A DNA stretch of 64,000 nucleotides, taken from the IMG/VR virus record IMGVR_UViG_3300022935_000005, positions 124,001-188,000 of that record. One strand, given 5' to 3'. A program made the position numbers and the translations under genes. Shown piece by piece: positions 62,779 to 64,000 of this stretch. The notes beneath the pieces are model-generated. The model worked only from the letters and a program-made list of their open reading frames with translations. It made no database searches and had not been told where the DNA came from. How positions within the stretch are numbered: position 1 is the first letter of the stretch; each line of letters begins with the position of its first letter.

Positions 62779-63444
62779 GTGTACAGAAAGCCTTTAACGG
62801 TGTTGGAGAATAGACTGACACTAAAAAAGAAGTCGCTACCGTTTCCTCCAACCTCAGAGATGGGTGACCAAGACTGGGCCGAGATCCAAGATCTGCAAGA
62901 TACCTTCAACGTCCTAGAAGGGTATGGTCTTGCACTACCACAATTGGGTATTTTAAAGCGCGCCGTTATCGTAAATTTTAACGCATTGGGTTTATCTGAT
63001 ATGCCTGCTGCAGAGGTGATGGTGAATCCTGAGATAGAAGCGTGGGGTGAAGACCAGCGCAACGAGGAAGCATGCTTCTCGGTACCCCATATCTCTGCTT
63101 TTGTTCGCCGACCCATTTCTTGTCGTGTCAAGTATACCAACTTACAGGGAGAGCTTAAAACGATAGAACTAGAGGGTTTTCCCGCTGCTTGTTTACAGCA
63201 TGAGATCGACCACCTTGATGGTACACTATATATCGATAAGTCGGGCCGAGTATACGCTGGGATGTTGTTAAAGAAGTGTCTGAAAGCAGAAAAGAAGCTC
63301 CAGAAAGAAAAAGAAGCTGCGCGTCTGGAGTTCGAGAATGAACATAGGGAGCTTATGGGCTTTACGAAGACTAAAACGACTAGTACTCGAAAGCGCGCCT
63401 CAAAGAAGAGAAAAAAACGTCCAAACCGCTCCAAGAAGAAGTGA
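62779..63444 (+). CDS. def: Peptide deformylase
   Basis: GYGLALPQLG, EEACFSVP, QHEIDHLDG; long basic C-terminal tail. Confidence 0.9.
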   Translation: MYRKPLTVLENRLTLKKKSLPFPPTSEMGDQDWAEIQDLQDTFNVLEGYGLALPQLGILKRAVIVNFNALGLSDMPAAEVMVNPEIEAWGEDQRNEEACFSVPHISAFVRRPISCRVKYTNLQGELKTIELEGFPAACLQHEIDHLDGTLYIDKSGRVYAGMLLKKCLKAEKKLQKEKEAARLEFENEHRELMGFTKTKTTSTRKRASKKRKKRPNRSKKK

Positions 63445-63499
63445 GTTCTTTCTGTATAATCTTTACTCGCTCTCTACTATTACTAGACTGGAGCTACAA

Positions 63500-63739
63500 A
63501 TGATTAATCGAATTAAGCTAGAGGAAGGATATATCGTAAGAGTGTCAGAGTTGGGTGAGAGAGGCTTCTTTTATCCTTCCTCTCGCAAGATTAGGATAAC
63601 TTCACGCTGCGTCGGTAACCCGGTCCCGGGCTGGCTCACTCAAGAAGACCTGATACCCATCTCAATACCTTCAAGCTGCGTAGAAGATGACAACAGGTAT
63701 GATGAGAAGCCTTACATGGTCGTGTGGTGCTCTAAATAA
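63500..63739 (+). CDS. Hypothetical protein
   Basis: SD GGAG before ATG 63500. Confidence 0.55.
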   Translation: MINRIKLEEGYIVRVSELGERGFFYPSSRKIRITSRCVGNPVPGWLTQEDLIPISIPSSCVEDDNRYDEKPYMVVWCSK

Positions 63740-63753
63740 GAAAGGATGTAGAT

Positions 63754-64000
63754 TTGGCAAAGCGAAAAAACGTAAGAGTCAGAAAAGTAAACACAACTAA
63801 CTGGGGTCAGCGTGGTGTCTCGATACCTCTAGCAGCGACGATACTAGTTCCATCAGGTCAATGTCCTTTTGTGATAGATGAATACTCAAGAGAAAATGTG
63901 ATCGATTGGATTATTGACCTGACTGAAGAGAAGCATGAAGTAATCACGTACGATAGGAATGTGTACACTTATTGGTTGCGACATTCATTTAGCCCTTTTT
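63754..64000 (+). CDS. Hypothetical protein, 3'-truncated by the window
   Basis: TTG start after AAGGA; frame open to the window end (MAKRKNVRVRKVNTTNWGQRG...). Confidence 0.5.
   Translation, partial: MAKRKNVRVRKVNTTNWGQRGVSIPLAATILVPSGQCPFVIDEYSRENVIDWIIDLTEEKHEVITYDRNVYTYWLRHSFSPF

Noticed and set aside
1-64000. Giant eukaryotic virus (NCLDV) origin suggested by the MBD4-, Nei1- and GSII-like genes
   Set aside because: The tape measure/baseplate genes, sigma70, SD sequences, amidase endolysin and DnaE indicate a bacteriophage
1-64000. Alternative genetic code (stop-codon reassignment)
   Set aside because: TAA, TAG and TGA all terminate full-length conserved genes, and coding density is high in the standard code
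1-64000. tRNA genes or CRISPR arrays
   Set aside because: Intergenic gaps are short, and no cloverleaf or repeat-spacer pattern was seen by eye; tRNAscan-SE would be the definitive check

Overview
This window is a 64-kb segment of a large tailed-phage (jumbo myovirus-like) genome. Every credible gene is on the + strand, in the standard genetic code, and many have Shine-Dalgarno motifs. Gene order: (1) tail/baseplate module with a tail chaperone carrying a probable programmed frameshift, a tape measure protein, and baseplate wedge/hub proteins; (2) replication/recombination block with a minimal family-A polymerase, DEDDh exonuclease, gp32-like SSB, RecA, 5'-3' exonuclease, DnaB-like helicase and class II RNR; (3) ClpP, amidase endolysin, type II glutamine synthetase, thioesterase and ThyX; (4) four tandem LamG-domain paralogues; (5) a base-excision-repair operon with an MBD4-like glycosylase, a Nei-like glycosylase with a CTG start, and an all-alpha dNTP pyrophosphatase; (6) DnaE; (7) a DNA-hypermodification cluster; (8) acidic, probably virion-internal proteins, including degenerate SOD and PCD folds; (9) a PD-(D/E)XK nuclease, GroEL, an apparently split sigma70 factor and peptide deformylase. 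The headline finding is the cluster at 37991-42727. It encodes a dCMP-type hydroxymethylase (Asp at the ThyA Asn177 position), UDP-galactopyranose mutase, a T4 beta-glucosyltransferase-like enzyme, a dNMP kinase and an NDP-sugar epimerase. Together these predict a furanose-glycosylated cytosine, most simply galactofuranosyl-5hmC, with an MBD4-like glycosylase possibly repairing its deamination products. Homology calls come from motif recognition and recalled reference sequences; no database search was run.
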